Part shown: one piece after another, positions 9,796 to 18,550 of the stretch
Layout of the letters: each line of letters starts with the position of its first letter
How positions within the stretch are numbered: position 1 is the stretch's first letter
From: Granulicella sp.
GTDB taxonomy: Bacteria; Acidobacteriota; Terriglobia; Terriglobales; Acidobacteriaceae
Assembly (NCBI GenBank): GCA_027339965.1
Contig: DAHWNL010000077.1
Coordinates: 1 to 44,436 of the forward strand
Direction of reading: 5' to 3'
DNA length: 44,436 nt
The notes under the pieces: generated by a model
Seen by the model: only the letters and a program-made list of their open reading frames with translations
What the model was told of the DNA's origin: nothing
The model's database searches: none
Position numbers and translations under genes: made by a program

Positions 9796-9986
9796 GGATC
9801 AACTTTCAGATTGGCTTTTTTCTTGAGATAGCTCCGGATGGCCGCCGCAACCACCAGGACCAGCACCAGGCCAAGCAGGACGGCCAGAGCTGAGAGGAGA
9901 TACAGGATCCAGGGAAGGTAGCACTGCCAGCCGGTGATGCCGGCGCTGGAACTGCAGTTAGGCGCCGGCAGCCCGAGCAGCACCAT
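9792..9986 (-). CDS. Small hypothetical membrane protein (start uncertain; ORF open to 10127)
   Basis: Long hydrophobic helix followed by a basic tail RSYLKKK. Its stop overlaps the kdsB ATG (ATGA). Confidence 0.55.
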   Translation of the reverse strand: MVLLGLPAPNCSSSAGITGWQCYLPWILYLLSALAVLLGLVLVLVVAAAIRSYLKKKANLKVDP

Positions 9987-10129
9987 GGCCGGCGCTGAGG
10001 CGAGGTTGGCGATCAGGTTGAGCCCGTGATTGGCCTCTTGCCCAGTGGGGGCATCCGGAGATGCCCCGCACGTCCCGTTGCCGGGGATAGCACACGCGTT
10101 GTCGGAGCGGACGATTTTGGATAGCACGT

Positions 10130-10158
10130 TTGACCTGCGAGATACAGAAACTTATGAT
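10130..10158 (+). promoter_or_regulatory. Sigma70-type promoter for tRNA-Met
   Basis: TTGACC (10130-10135), 17-bp spacer, TATGAT (10153-10158), about 60 bp upstream of the tRNA. Confidence 0.7.
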
Positions 10159-10217
10159 GGAAGAGCGACTGGCGTCGCGGCCGGGAGTCTCCCTCCGCTG
10201 GATGCAGTCTTCCTCGC

Positions 10218-10294
10218 GGCGGTGTAGCTCAGATGGTTAGAGCGACGGACTCATAACCCGTAGGTCAGTGGTTCGATTCCACTCACCGCCACCA
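10218..10294 (+). tRNA. tRNA-Met (CAT), probably elongator
   Basis: 77 nt. Acceptor stem GGCGGTG/CACCGCC, D arm TAGCTCAGATGGTTAGAGC, anticodon loop CTCATAA, T loop GTTCGATT, encoded CCA. The G1-C72 pair argues against an initiator; Ile2 not strictly excluded. Confidence 0.93.
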
Positions 10295-10482
10295 CTCCTG
10301 CTGTGGCGGGGGTCCAGCAGCCTGCCTGCCATCTGTCTGACCTCCGATTCGGAGCGTCCACGGACCGCAACTTTCTGAGTAGAGAGTATCATTCGGCTAT
10401 GGGACTGCGTCTAAACTGGAGCAAGTTCGTTCGTCTCGCATCTTATCCTTACCTACGCAATCTCGGAGTTTGTCACCGCATC

Positions 10483-11751
10483 ATGCCCAAGAGTCTCAAG
10501 ATCTCACTGCTGGCTTTTTCCGTAACCCTTATCCTTTGCATTTTCGCGGGGGTTAACGCGCCCGGCGTTGCTGCGACCGCCGACTCGGCGCCACAAAACG
10601 CCTATCGCCAGATTAACGTCTACGGAGAGGTCTTGCAGCATATTCAGTCCGATTATGTAGAGGTGCCCAACATCCCCAAGGTGACCAACGGCGCTTTGCG
10701 TGGTTTGCTGGAGAGCCTCGATGCTGACTCCAGCTATCTTACCCCGGCTGATTACAAGGCCTACCAGGCGGACCAGGGAGGCAAGGCGCAGGTAGGGATC
10801 AATGTCTCCAAGCGCTACGGTTATGCCATCGTGGTCTCCGTCGTCCCGGGCTCACCGGCTGACAAGGCGGGGCTGGGTGATGGCGACATCATCCAAGCGA
10901 TCGGCAATCAAGATACCGGCAACCTCTCCCTGGCCATGATCCGGCTATTGCTGCAAGGCGAAGCCGGCAGCCGGTTGCAGTTGGCGGTAGTTGGCCGCCG
11001 CAGCACCTCCTCAACGCCGCAGAAGGTGACGCTCACCAGAGTGATTGTCACCGAACCTCCTATTTCCACATCATTTTATGACGGCAAATCAATCCTTTAC
11101 TTGAATCCGGAGATCATCGATCGCCAGCACGTGCAGGAGGTGGAGTCCCGTCTGAAGTCGCTGAAGAAAAATGGTGACACGAGGATTCTGCTGGACCTGC
11201 GCAATGTTTCCGCGGGCGATATGGCGGAGGCCGTGCGCATGGCGAACTTCTTCATTGCCAGCGGGACCATCGCCAGCCTGAAGGGTCAGAAGTATCCCGA
11301 GCAGATCTTCAGTGCGGAACCATCCCAGGCTATCAACACGCGTGCTCCCTTGATCGTGCTTGTGAACCAAGGCACGGCTGGACCGGCGGAGCTGATTGCG
11401 GGCGCTTTGCAGGATGATGGCCGTGCCCAATTGGTGGGTGAGAAGACCTTCGGAGAGGGATCGCTGCAGAAGACCTTTGTTCTGCCGGACGGAGGCGCCG
11501 TGATTCTCTCCATTGCGAAGTATGCATCGCCCTCCGGGAAGCAGTTTGAGGATGCAGCCGTCACTCCGGGTACAGTCGTTTCTTCGCACCGCGACATGCT
11601 GGAGGGTCTGGATATGGAAGACTCCGGCAGCGTTGCTCCGGCCAACAATGCGGTGCCCAACGGCAGCACTGGTAAGACAAAAAAGACCCCTCCGCCGCCT
11701 GACGATCAACTGAACAAAGCTTTGGAGATGCTGAAGGCCAAGGGGGCCTGA
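10483..11751 (+). CDS. S41/CtpA-family PDZ protein, catalytic dyad absent (probable pseudoprotease)
   Basis: N-terminal signal/TM, GLLESLD..SSY, PDZ (GSPADKAGL..GD.I), LDLR. VLVNQGTAGPAELIAGALQD and GEKTFGEGSLQ replace canonical TASASE and TFGKG. Confidence 0.88.
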   Translation: MPKSLKISLLAFSVTLILCIFAGVNAPGVAATADSAPQNAYRQINVYGEVLQHIQSDYVEVPNIPKVTNGALRGLLESLDADSSYLTPADYKAYQADQGGKAQVGINVSKRYGYAIVVSVVPGSPADKAGLGDGDIIQAIGNQDTGNLSLAMIRLLLQGEAGSRLQLAVVGRRSTSSTPQKVTLTRVIVTEPPISTSFYDGKSILYLNPEIIDRQHVQEVESRLKSLKKNGDTRILLDLRNVSAGDMAEAVRMANFFIASGTIASLKGQKYPEQIFSAEPSQAINTRAPLIVLVNQGTAGPAELIAGALQDDGRAQLVGEKTFGEGSLQKTFVLPDGGAVILSIAKYASPSGKQFEDAAVTPGTVVSSHRDMLEGLDMEDSGSVAPANNAVPNGSTGKTKKTPPPPDDQLNKALEMLKAKGA

Positions 11752-11942
11752 TTCTGCTTCCGGCCCAGGCTCGGGGGAAAGCTCCTGGGTGCGCTTTGAG
11801 AAAGGCTGCATCGAGGACGTGGGCGGCAGCCAGTGGATCGATGAGATCCCGGGCCGGCGAAGGCCGGTACCCTTGCTCTGTTTCAAGAGCCGTTGGTCGC
11901 AGGTCTCACCAGATCTCCTGAACTTCTACGGTTGGATTCGAC

Positions 11943-14489
11943 GTGCCTACGCCACGCAGCGCTCCAGACAGAAAGAACTCCCAGCAACGGTCGATGCTGT
12001 GGCGCGCGGTAAGCAGGTTCCCGTTCCAGGACTTGGAGATCTCCTCCTGGCGCCTGGCGGGGCGGGCAGGGGTGCTGGCGCTGCTGGCGGCCTCGGCGGG
12101 CTTTGGCATCATGCTCGGGTTGGTTCTGGTGTACTCCATCAATCTGCCGGAGATCTCGGAGCTGGAGCGTTACCATCCCAGCGCGACCACGGAGCTATAC
12201 GATGTCCACGGTCGCATCTTCGGCTCTTTTGCGGAGCAGCGCCGTATCGTCGAGCCCTACTCGGAGTTTCCTCCTGTCCTGCGCAACGCGATTCTTTCCA
12301 TTGAGGACAAGAACTTCGAGCACAACACCGGCATCAACCTGGTGCGAGTGGTGGAGGCGGCGTACAGGGATGTGCACTCTCGCGGCAAGGTGCAGGGAGC
12401 CTCGACTCTCACCATGCAACTGGCGCGCAACCTGTTTCTCTCCTCGGAAAAAACCTACAGCCGCAAGCTGCAGGAGATCCTTCTGGCGCTGGAGATCGAA
12501 CGCCGGTTTACCAAAGCCCAGATCTTTACTCTGTACGCCAATCAGATCTATCTTGGCGCCGGCGTCTACGGCTTTGAGGCCGGCTCGGAGTACTACTTCA
12601 GCAAGCCCGCACGCGACCTGACTCTGCCGGAGGCGGCGCTGTTGGCCGCTCTGCCCAAAGGTCCGGAGTACTACTCTCCGCTACGCTACCCGGAGCGAGC
12701 GCTGCGGCGCCGGAACCTGGTGCTGCAGGAGATGCTGAACAATCGCAAGATCACCCGCCGGCAGGAGAGGGAGGCTGAGACGGCGCCGCTGGGCTTGCAT
12801 CTGGAGCCGCCGCCCAACGGCGCCGCACCCTACTTTGTCGATGAGGTGCGCCGGCAACTGGAAAGTGAGTATGGCTCCGATCAGGTCCAGAGAGCCGGAT
12901 TGAGGGTTGACGCCACGCTCGATCTTGATTTACAGCGCGCGGCCAATCAGGCGGTGCTGGATGGCCTGGCTGCTTACGAGCGTCGCCGCGGTTGGCAGGG
13001 CAACCTGGAGAATGTTCTGAAACATGGCGCGACGCTGGACGGCTACAAACACCCGGACTGGTCGCAGGCGATCGTTGATGATGGGTATGTCCATGCGCTG
13101 GTGATTGGTGTCTCCGCCTCACGCATCACCGTGAAGATGGGCAAGCTGCAGGCGACCATGGTGCCTGCCGATTGGGCATGGACGGGAGCGGCCCAAGCCA
13201 CGGACCTGGTTCAGGCAGGGGATATTGTCTACGTCAAGGTGGTCGGTGGCGCTTCGGCTGCCGGGCCGGAGAAACCCTTGCATGTGACGCTGGAGCAGGA
13301 CAGTGGAGCCCAGGCGGCCCTCATGGCCGTGGACAACGCCAATGGCGAGGTGCTGGCGATGGTGGGCGGGCGCGACTTCCAGAGCTCGCAGTACAACCGC
13401 GCGACCCAGGCTCAACGCCAGGTAGGCTCCTCCTTCAAGCCCTATGTCTACACAGCGGCGCTGGAGGCCGGCCTGCACCCCGATGACACGGTGCTGGATG
13501 AGCCGACCACCTTCATGACCGCCGGTGGGCCCTACTCGCCGCATGACTACGAGCACAACTACCTTGGCCCCATTTCGCTGGTAGAGGCTTTCGCCGACTC
13601 GCGCAACATCCCCGCCCTGCGGCTGGCTGATCAGGTCGGTATCCGGCGCGTGATTGCGGTAGCGCATCGCTTTGGCATCCGTAGCGAGATTCCCCCGTTT
13701 CTGCCGGTGGCCATCGGAGCCGCCGATCTTACTCTGGCGGAACAGGTGGGAGCTTACAGCGTCTTCCCCAACGATGGGATTCTGGTGGCGCCGCATTACA
13801 TTCGACGTGTGTTGCAATTCGATGGCGAGCCCCTGCAGCAAGCGCAAACCCAGGTGAGTGAGGCGATTCCAACCGGCATCGCTCGGGAGATGTTGGTGCT
13901 CTTGCAGGCCGTCGTCCAGCACGGAACCGGAGCCGCCGCAGCGCAACTCAACCGTCCGCTGGGCGGCAAGACCGGCACCACCAACAATTACACCGATGCG
14001 TGGTTTGTGGGCTTCTCTCCCTCGATCACCTGCGGTGTCTGGGTTGGGTTTGATAACCGCCAGTCCCTGGGGAAGAAGGAGACGGGCGCTCGCGCCGCTC
14101 TGCCGATCTGGATGCAGTTTATGAAAGTTGCCCTGGCCGGCCTTCCGTCGGAACCCTTTCCAGCCCTCCAGGCTCCGCAGACCCGGATCCAGGCTCCCCG
14201 GCAGTCGGTTGCCGGCATTGCGAAGAGCCCAGCGATGCGGGCCACGCCCTCTTGGTCACCCTCGGCAGGGGCGCGGCCCGGCGCACGCCGACCCGCGAGC
14301 CGGGCTTCCGGGCAAAGCTATCAGCCGCAACTGGTGCATTTGCAGCCGGGCGAGCAGCGGTACCCCAGCCGCTACGTGCCGCATTCGGCTGGTTCCAGCA
14401 GATCAGCGCAGCCGTTGTCCACCACTGCCAGGGGATCAAAAAAAGCAGCCCCTGGAGTGTCGCCTGCCGTGCGCAGCCGAAACCAGTAG
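11943..14489 (+). CDS. Class A penicillin-binding protein (PBP1A-like)
   Basis: TM anchor; GT51 motifs EDKNF, GASTLTMQLARN, RKLQE; transpeptidase motifs SSFK, SRN, KTGT. Low-complexity C-terminal tail. Confidence 0.95.
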   Translation: MPTPRSAPDRKNSQQRSMLWRAVSRFPFQDLEISSWRLAGRAGVLALLAASAGFGIMLGLVLVYSINLPEISELERYHPSATTELYDVHGRIFGSFAEQRRIVEPYSEFPPVLRNAILSIEDKNFEHNTGINLVRVVEAAYRDVHSRGKVQGASTLTMQLARNLFLSSEKTYSRKLQEILLALEIERRFTKAQIFTLYANQIYLGAGVYGFEAGSEYYFSKPARDLTLPEAALLAALPKGPEYYSPLRYPERALRRRNLVLQEMLNNRKITRRQEREAETAPLGLHLEPPPNGAAPYFVDEVRRQLESEYGSDQVQRAGLRVDATLDLDLQRAANQAVLDGLAAYERRRGWQGNLENVLKHGATLDGYKHPDWSQAIVDDGYVHALVIGVSASRITVKMGKLQATMVPADWAWTGAAQATDLVQAGDIVYVKVVGGASAAGPEKPLHVTLEQDSGAQAALMAVDNANGEVLAMVGGRDFQSSQYNRATQAQRQVGSSFKPYVYTAALEAGLHPDDTVLDEPTTFMTAGGPYSPHDYEHNYLGPISLVEAFADSRNIPALRLADQVGIRRVIAVAHRFGIRSEIPPFLPVAIGAADLTLAEQVGAYSVFPNDGILVAPHYIRRVLQFDGEPLQQAQTQVSEAIPTGIAREMLVLLQAVVQHGTGAAAAQLNRPLGGKTGTTNNYTDAWFVGFSPSITCGVWVGFDNRQSLGKKETGARAALPIWMQFMKVALAGLPSEPFPALQAPQTRIQAPRQSVAGIAKSPAMRATPSWSPSAGARPGARRPASRASGQSYQPQLVHLQPGEQRYPSRYVPHSAGSSRSAQPLSTTARGSKKAAPGVSPAVRSRNQ

Positions 14490-14628
14490 CCTTTGCTTTG
14501 GCGCTCCTGGCGAGGCCTGGACATGGAGCGCTCTGCTTGGACCAAAGTCGTCGGCGGCAAGGCGATTGGAGCAGAGTCTCTCGGAAGCGCTTCCGCGCGG
14601 GAGCGCGGCTTGCCGCATCGGGTGGAGC

Positions 14629-15594
14629 CTACCTTGGCGGGATGGTTTGGCCGAGCGCTTTGGCTAGTTTGAAGTAGCGAGTGGCTCTCTGCACGTCCAC
14701 GCGGATCTGATCGCGCAAGGCCTCTGGAGAGGCAAAGCGCTGCTCGGCGCGCAGCCGGCGGAGAAAGGTGAGTCGCAAAGGGGTGGTCTCCTCCAAGTCA
14801 ACCGGTTCGTAGTCCAGCAGATGGGATTCGACCGCGAAGGAGTCCGCGCCAAAGGTGGGGCGGTTGCCGACGTTGGTCACGCCGCAAAAGATACGGTCGG
14901 TTCCGATACTCAGAGTTGTGACATAGACACCGTTCGAAGGGAGCAGATCGGCGTAGGGTGCCAGATTGATTGTGGGCACGGCGTACTTGGAGCCGTAGCC
15001 GCGTCCCGGGGCTGGCGTGCTGAGTATCGAGAAAGAGCGGCCCAATAGGGCGCGCGCCTCCTGCACTCTACCGGCGGTAATGGCGGTGCGGATCCTGCTG
15101 GAGGAGATAGGGGCACCGCGAGCCATGCAGGGAACATAGGCTCGTACAGCGAAGCCCAGCACGCGCCCCATCTCCGAGAGGCCGGCGATGTCGCTCTCGG
15201 CCTGATATCCGAAGCGGAAGTTTTCCCCCTCGTGGACTTCGATGGCATGCAAGCCGAGATGCAGGACCTGCTGGGCGAAGTGGAGGGCCGTCCAACGGCG
15301 AAGCTCCTCCGTGAAGGGAAGCACCAGAACACTGTCCAGTCCGGTGCCGGCCAGCAGCCTCAGCTTCTCCTCCAGCGGGGTGATCAGCCGCATCCGGGAG
15401 ACGGGGTGCAGTACCTGCGCCGGATGAGGATGGAAGGTGACCGCGCAGGCGCGCGACCGGTAGAGGCGGGCACGCTCCAGAAGGGATGCGATGACCATCT
15501 GATGCCCGCGGTGCACACCGTCGAAGTTTCCAACCGTGACCACCGAGGGGGAAGAAGAGGAGCCGAGTTCAGCAAGTGAGCGATAGATCTGCAT
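14629..15594 (-). CDS. ribF: Bifunctional riboflavin kinase/FAD synthetase
   Basis: GNFDGVHRGHQ, TFHPHP, ISSSRIR, PTINL, GVY, NVGNRPTF, ESHLLD, LRAEQRF. Start ATG 15594 (MQIYRS). Confidence 0.95.
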   Translation of the reverse strand: MQIYRSLAELGSSSSPSVVTVGNFDGVHRGHQMVIASLLERARLYRSRACAVTFHPHPAQVLHPVSRMRLITPLEEKLRLLAGTGLDSVLVLPFTEELRRWTALHFAQQVLHLGLHAIEVHEGENFRFGYQAESDIAGLSEMGRVLGFAVRAYVPCMARGAPISSSRIRTAITAGRVQEARALLGRSFSILSTPAPGRGYGSKYAVPTINLAPYADLLPSNGVYVTTLSIGTDRIFCGVTNVGNRPTFGADSFAVESHLLDYEPVDLEETTPLRLTFLRRLRAEQRFASPEALRDQIRVDVQRATRYFKLAKALGQTIPPR

Positions 15595-15664
15595 GGAAGA
15601 AGAGGCAAAGCCCGGGCGGGGCCCGTCCGATCGAGAATGGGAAACCTTGAAGCCGGGCGGCTGG

Positions 15665-16462
15665 TTACTCCGCAATGCGAAAAGTCAGTTTAAGGCCATC
15701 GTGAGCCAGCCGTATGTGATTTGGCAACCTTGCGTTGGTGGCCTCATGCTCCAGACCGTGGCTGATGTGGGTGAAGAAGGCGCGGCGTGGCCTGATCCTC
15801 TTCACCAATTCAACCGACTTGGCCAGATGGGAGTGGCTGGGGTGTGGTTCGGGGCGCAGGGCGTCCAACACCAGAATGTCCAGATCTTGAAGCAGAGGGA
15901 AGCTCTCCTCGGGAATTTCGCTCATATCGGTCAGATAGGCCGCGTCCCCAAAGCGGTAGCCGGCGATGCTGTCAGGCCCGTGAATGAGGGGAACGCGGAT
16001 GAAGCTGGCTCCAAAGAGAGTAACGGTAAAGCCGGTCTCTGCTGGAATACGGTGCAGCGTGACCCGCGCGCGAGTCGGATAGCGGGCGACCTCGCTGAAG
16101 GTGTAGGCAAAGATTCGTTCCAGGATTGCCGCCGTCGCATCATCGGCATAGAGAGGTAGTCCATCGGCGTGCTGGAAGCTGAGCGGACGAAGATCGTCCA
16201 TCCCCAGGATATGATCCGCATGGCCATGGGTATAGAGGACCGCGTCCAGGCGCATGAGCCGCTCCCGCACGGCCTGAAATTGGAAATCCTGACCGGTGTC
16301 GATGACCACATGACGGCCGCCGTAGGAGAGCAGCACGGAGGGGCGGGTGCGCCGGTTGGGAGATCCCGGCTGATAAGCTGAGGCGCAGACGGCGCAAGAA
16401 CAGCCCAGTGTAGGAACCGCCATTGAGGTTCCACTTCCAAGAAATGTGAGGGTCGCTTGCAT
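15665..16462 (-). CDS. MBL-fold metallo-hydrolase (PhnP/YycJ-like phosphodiesterase)
   Basis: FLGSGTS.AVP.LGCSCAVC, IDTG, THGHADHILG.DDLR, YLTD, THISH. Confidence 0.9.
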   Translation of the reverse strand: MQATLTFLGSGTSMAVPTLGCSCAVCASAYQPGSPNRRTRPSVLLSYGGRHVVIDTGQDFQFQAVRERLMRLDAVLYTHGHADHILGMDDLRPLSFQHADGLPLYADDATAAILERIFAYTFSEVARYPTRARVTLHRIPAETGFTVTLFGASFIRVPLIHGPDSIAGYRFGDAAYLTDMSEIPEESFPLLQDLDILVLDALRPEPHPSHSHLAKSVELVKRIRPRRAFFTHISHGLEHEATNARLPNHIRLAHDGLKLTFRIAE

Positions 16463-16548
16463 GCTCGTTTCCGTATCTTGCTGAGCGGGCTTGATGCCGC
16501 AGGAGGGCCGGTCCTCTCCATCCGGTTTGCCCGGAGAGCCCTAAGCTG

Positions 16549-17253
16549 CTAGCGGACGATGCGAGGTCCCGTGCCCGGAATGGAGGGGCCTGCCGGAGAA
16601 GTGGCGCTCTGGGTTTGCCGGGCAACCGCGGAGCGGGAGAGGGCCTGGGTTACCTCCAGGAAGTCGATGCGCAGCTCGAACAGAGCCGTATCCAGGAGTT
16701 CGGTCTCCGCTGGGGTGCGGTTTCCCAGGGTCTTCTGCTGGAGAACCACCAGCATGTCGATGGTTTGTCGCGCTCCAAGAAGATCTACCTGCGGCTGCTG
16801 GCCGGGCGGGGCTGCTCCGCCCAACTGCATGAGAGCCTGCATGTAGAGCGACTGAATGACCTGTTGCAAGGTGATCTCCGGTGGCCGCTCCATGCCTGGG
16901 TTGGTGGCTCGGATGGCTGTATCCAGACGATCGACGGTGGCGTCATAGGCGCGCTTGGCCTGCTCGGCCTGCTCGGCGGTCGGGAGCGGAGTCTCCTGAA
17001 CCTTGCTGTCCCGAAGCTGGCTCTCTTGGACCTGGCTCTCCGGGACTTGGGTGGCTGCGGACGCCGGGCCGTCGGGGGCTGTGGAGCCGAAGGGTATGGG
17101 CGGTGTCGTGAGGGTCTGTGCGCTGTGCCCGGGCTCAGGGGCGCCGCTGGGCTCAGGGCTGTGCCGCTGGGCGGTTTTGGCCTCGGGACGCAACTCGCCC
17201 TCAGCGGTGAACTTGCGACGGTCATTGATGACGAACTCTTTGATCTCAGCCAT
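16549..17253 (-). CDS. DUF1844-like domain protein
   Basis: N-terminal FVINDRRKF, low-complexity linker, C-terminal QALMQLG...ARQTIDML..LQQKT.GN.T..E..LL...LFELR. Confidence 0.75.
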   Translation of the reverse strand: MAEIKEFVINDRRKFTAEGELRPEAKTAQRHSPEPSGAPEPGHSAQTLTTPPIPFGSTAPDGPASAATQVPESQVQESQLRDSKVQETPLPTAEQAEQAKRAYDATVDRLDTAIRATNPGMERPPEITLQQVIQSLYMQALMQLGGAAPPGQQPQVDLLGARQTIDMLVVLQQKTLGNRTPAETELLDTALFELRIDFLEVTQALSRSAVARQTQSATSPAGPSIPGTGPRIVR

Positions 17254-17257
17254 ACGC

Positions 17258-18310
17258 TCAACTCTCTATCTGTTCATCTGATGCTAACCCGAGCCAACCG
17301 ATCCGCCGACGCAAAAGCGCCACTCCGCCGGGGTACGCAAGCTGCTGCGCGGCTCCGGGCGCTCCCTGCCCAGGTTCTGCGTTGTGCGCCGCTTGGCGAA
17401 GGTATCCCAAGCCGAGCAGCGCCGGACCCTCAGGCAGAGGCACCAGTCCGGCGCTGGTCAACTCCCCGGCGGGTCTGCCGGCTAGCTCCAGCGGGGCTGG
17501 AAGTGTGGCCGGAAGCTCGCCGTGCAGACGAAACGCGGCGAAGTTGCGATGTACCTGGCCGCGCGACCGGATTCGCTCGACGATCTCCTGGCCCAGATAG
17601 CAGCCCTTGGCAAAGTGCAGAGCGTGCGGTTGTGCCGTCTCCTGGGGAAGATCATGGGCTGTCTCCGTGTTGCGGATATCCTTGCCAAACAGCGGCCAGG
17701 CCTCCAGCAGGCGCAGCCACTCCAGGGCCGCGGAAGAGAGCTGGGGAACTTGCAGCCCCTGGAGTGCACTCTGCACGCTCTCGATGGTGGCCGGGGTGGA
17801 GTGCAAGGTAAAGACCGGTGTCTCTCCTCGATCCGGGCTGAGCAGAAGCAGCCGGCCGTGCTGGGTATCGGCAAGGGCCAAATGCGAGCGTTCGATCTTG
17901 GGCAGGTTGAGAGCCTCAAGAGCCGCAGCCGCCTGGCCTCCCAGGATGAACAGTTCTGTGGGAAAGTCTTCAACCGGCTGAACTTCGACGTCATCCATGA
18001 TGATGAAGCGGTCCAGGTGGGTGCGGATGGTCTCCATCTGAGATGCCGAGCTTGCCAGCAGAAACCTGGGGGGCTCCGGATCGGGCTCGCGATATACCAT
18101 GGCATCGCCCAGGATGTGCCCCTGGGCGTTGAGCAGGAAGTTGTAGTTGCCCTCTCCCGGCTGCAGCGACTTGATGGAGTTGCTCACCATGCCGTTCAGC
18201 CAGCGTGTGGCATCCGGGCCGGTGATGCGCAATAGGGCGGTATCCTGTACCCGCACAAATCCGGCGGCGTCCCGCACGATGGAGAGCTCTGGCTGATCCC
18301 GCCTGGACAT
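17258..18310 (-). CDS. ygfZ: YgfZ/GcvT-like folate-binding protein (Fe-S cluster maintenance)
   Basis: ITGPDATRWLNGMVSN, LNAQGHI, signature KGCYLGQE. AGGAGG upstream of ATG 18310. Confidence 0.9.
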   Translation of the reverse strand: MSRRDQPELSIVRDAAGFVRVQDTALLRITGPDATRWLNGMVSNSIKSLQPGEGNYNFLLNAQGHILGDAMVYREPDPEPPRFLLASSASQMETIRTHLDRFIIMDDVEVQPVEDFPTELFILGGQAAAALEALNLPKIERSHLALADTQHGRLLLLSPDRGETPVFTLHSTPATIESVQSALQGLQVPQLSSAALEWLRLLEAWPLFGKDIRNTETAHDLPQETAQPHALHFAKGCYLGQEIVERIRSRGQVHRNFAAFRLHGELPATLPAPLELAGRPAGELTSAGLVPLPEGPALLGLGYLRQAAHNAEPGQGAPGAAQQLAYPGGVALLRRRIGWLGLASDEQIES

Positions 18311-18550
18311 GAATCTCTTGCGTCCTCCTAGAGTGTTTCTATCTTCTTGTCTGTCTCGATGCTTACTCGAGGATCGCACAGGATGCGGGCTCACTTGGAT
18401 CCTTTTGTAATTCCTCTTCAAGGATAGCTTTGTTTCAGCCGGTGTCGTGCCCGGGAGGTCCAGTCCGGCTTTGGATCTGCAAGATCGTCTGCGGCCAGCC
18501 AGCTTTCGCCGCAGGCCTCTCGTGCGTACACTGGGTGTTAGCGTGATGGG

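Noticed and set aside
10218..10300. tRNA-Met as an integration site for a genomic island
   Set aside because: No integrase, no duplicated tRNA 3' end seen, and the flanking genes are housekeeping.
16990..17052. Pentapeptide repeats (QVPES-QVQES-QLRDS-KVQET) in the DUF1844 linker, and AQTSAQTSA at about 20640-20670
   Set aside because: Ordinary slippage repeats in disordered linkers.
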